Below are positions 62,997 through 64,000 of a stretch of DNA of 64,000 bases, one piece after another (position 1 is the stretch's first letter; every line of letters starts with the position of its first letter). The position numbers were made by a program, and so were the translations under genes. Under the pieces are notes generated by a model. That model did no database searches. It was not told the origin of the DNA and saw only the letters and a program-made list of their open reading frames with translations. The stretch is from Candidatus Latescibacterota bacterium (GTDB lineage: Bacteria; Latescibacterota; UBA2968; UBA8231), in contig CBDFJF010000002.1 in NCBI GenBank assembly GCA_965248265.1, positions 1,728,001-1,792,000 on the forward strand, in the 5' to 3' direction.

Positions 62997-64000
62997 TGAA
63001 CTATCCTGACCTGATCATCGCCAATGGCACCGTCATTGACGGAACCGGCCGACCGCCAGTACAGCAAGATGTCGCTATTGTGGAAGGCAAGATTTCGGAA
63101 GTTGGCAGGATCGACGCAGTTGAGAACGTTCCGGTACTCGATGCGACGGGTCTGTACGTAACTCCGGGGTTCATCGACATTCACAGCCATTCTGACTATT
63201 CACTCGTCGTCGACCCGCGGGCCGTCAGTGCAATCAGCCAGGGCGTGACTCTGGAAGTCGTGGGCAACTGCGGTCACGGCTGTGCGCCGATCGACAGTGT
63301 CGAGTTGGCTTCCAGCAATATCTACGGCTATCAAGCGTCGCTCGGAATTTCATGGAAAACGATGGCCGGATATCTCGACCACCTCGAATCGCTGCATCCG
63401 GCACTCAACGTGATTTCACTGGCCGCCAACGGCAATCTGCGTCTTGCCACGGTTGGTTTGGCCGATCGTGCCGCTACCCCTTCGGAATTGAAGCAGATGG
63501 AGATGCTGCTGGCGCAGGCGCTGGAGGAAGGGGCCTATGGCTACTCGACGGGCCTGGAATACAACTGCGAGCAGGGCTGTAGCGAAGAGGAGATTGTCGC
63601 CTTGTGCCGGGTCGCGAAGAAAGCGGGGGGCTTTTATGCAACCCACACCCGCAACCGCACCGGCGAAGCGAAAGAGACAATTGCCGAAGCCATCAACACG
63701 GCGGAGGCGGCCGGCATCCCGTTGCAAATCTCCCACATCGCCACCGTTGCCCGGCTGTCGCCCGACAGCCGTTGGGCCGTTCAGCAGGCACTCGATCAGG
63801 TCGAAGCGGCTCGCGCTCGCGGTCAGGATGTCACCTTCGATCAGCACACGCGCATGTTCGGTACCACGAATCTGAGTACGATGCTGCCTTCCTGGGCCCT
63901 GGAGGGCGGCCCTCAGGACATAGCCATCCGGTTGCAGGATCCCGACATACGAAACGAGATGAGAAAGCACGCCAGTATCATCGTCTCGTTGGCGCAAGGC
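62996..64000 (+). CDS. N-acyl-D-amino-acid deacylase (amidohydrolase), 3' end runs off the window
   Basis: Manual translation MNYPDLIIANGTVIDGTG..PGFIDIHSHSD..QGVT..GNCG..GYSTGLEY..THTR..QISH. Confidence 0.92.
   Translation, partial: MNYPDLIIANGTVIDGTGRPPVQQDVAIVEGKISEVGRIDAVENVPVLDATGLYVTPGFIDIHSHSDYSLVVDPRAVSAISQGVTLEVVGNCGHGCAPIDSVELASSNIYGYQASLGISWKTMAGYLDHLESLHPALNVISLAANGNLRLATVGLADRAATPSELKQMEMLLAQALEEGAYGYSTGLEYNCEQGCSEEEIVALCRVAKKAGGFYATHTRNRTGEAKETIAEAINTAEAAGIPLQISHIATVARLSPDSRWAVQQALDQVEAARARGQDVTFDQHTRMFGTTNLSTMLPSWALEGGPQDIAIRLQDPDIRNEMRKHASIIVSLAQG

Overview
GC-rich bacterial window of about 45 genes or gene remnants. Gene content suggests an FCB-related lineage such as Latescibacterota; this is inference from FlgD/T9SS-type 'PNPFN' C-terminal domains, a PorV-like barrel, a sulfatase, a DUF6785-type membrane protein and C-terminal 'T/S-W-G/A-x-I/V-K' tails. 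Main blocks: (i) enolase-superfamily and Gfo/Idh/MocA genes separated by a 164-bp MITE; (ii) a degenerate 5'-nucleotidase fused to a beta-barrel, a stand-alone His-less DHp-like protein and an MdlAB-type ABC pair; (iii) a complete B12-dependent 2-hydroxyisobutyryl-CoA mutase cluster (hcmB-hcl-meaH-hcmA); (iv) a sigma54-promoter-led envelope operon (LPP20 proteins, barrel-like protein, triple CsgG/TolB-N-like protein, sensor kinase, sigma54 activator, lipid kinase) with one gene split by an intact IS3 element; (v) an AT-rich patch with a sigma70 factor and a TPP-riboswitch-like RNA whose pyrimidine-sensing loop is altered; (vi) a porin/small binding protein/hybrid kinase trio; (vii) a heavily rearranged stretch with a duplicated sulfatase 3' end, an internally deleted IS110 and truncated genes; (viii) secreted CTD proteins ending in a beta-propeller gene and a PorV-transglutaminase-TPR fusion. 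I saw no rRNA, tRNA, CRISPR array, integrase or phage structural genes. All family assignments come from motif recognition by eye; no database searches were run.
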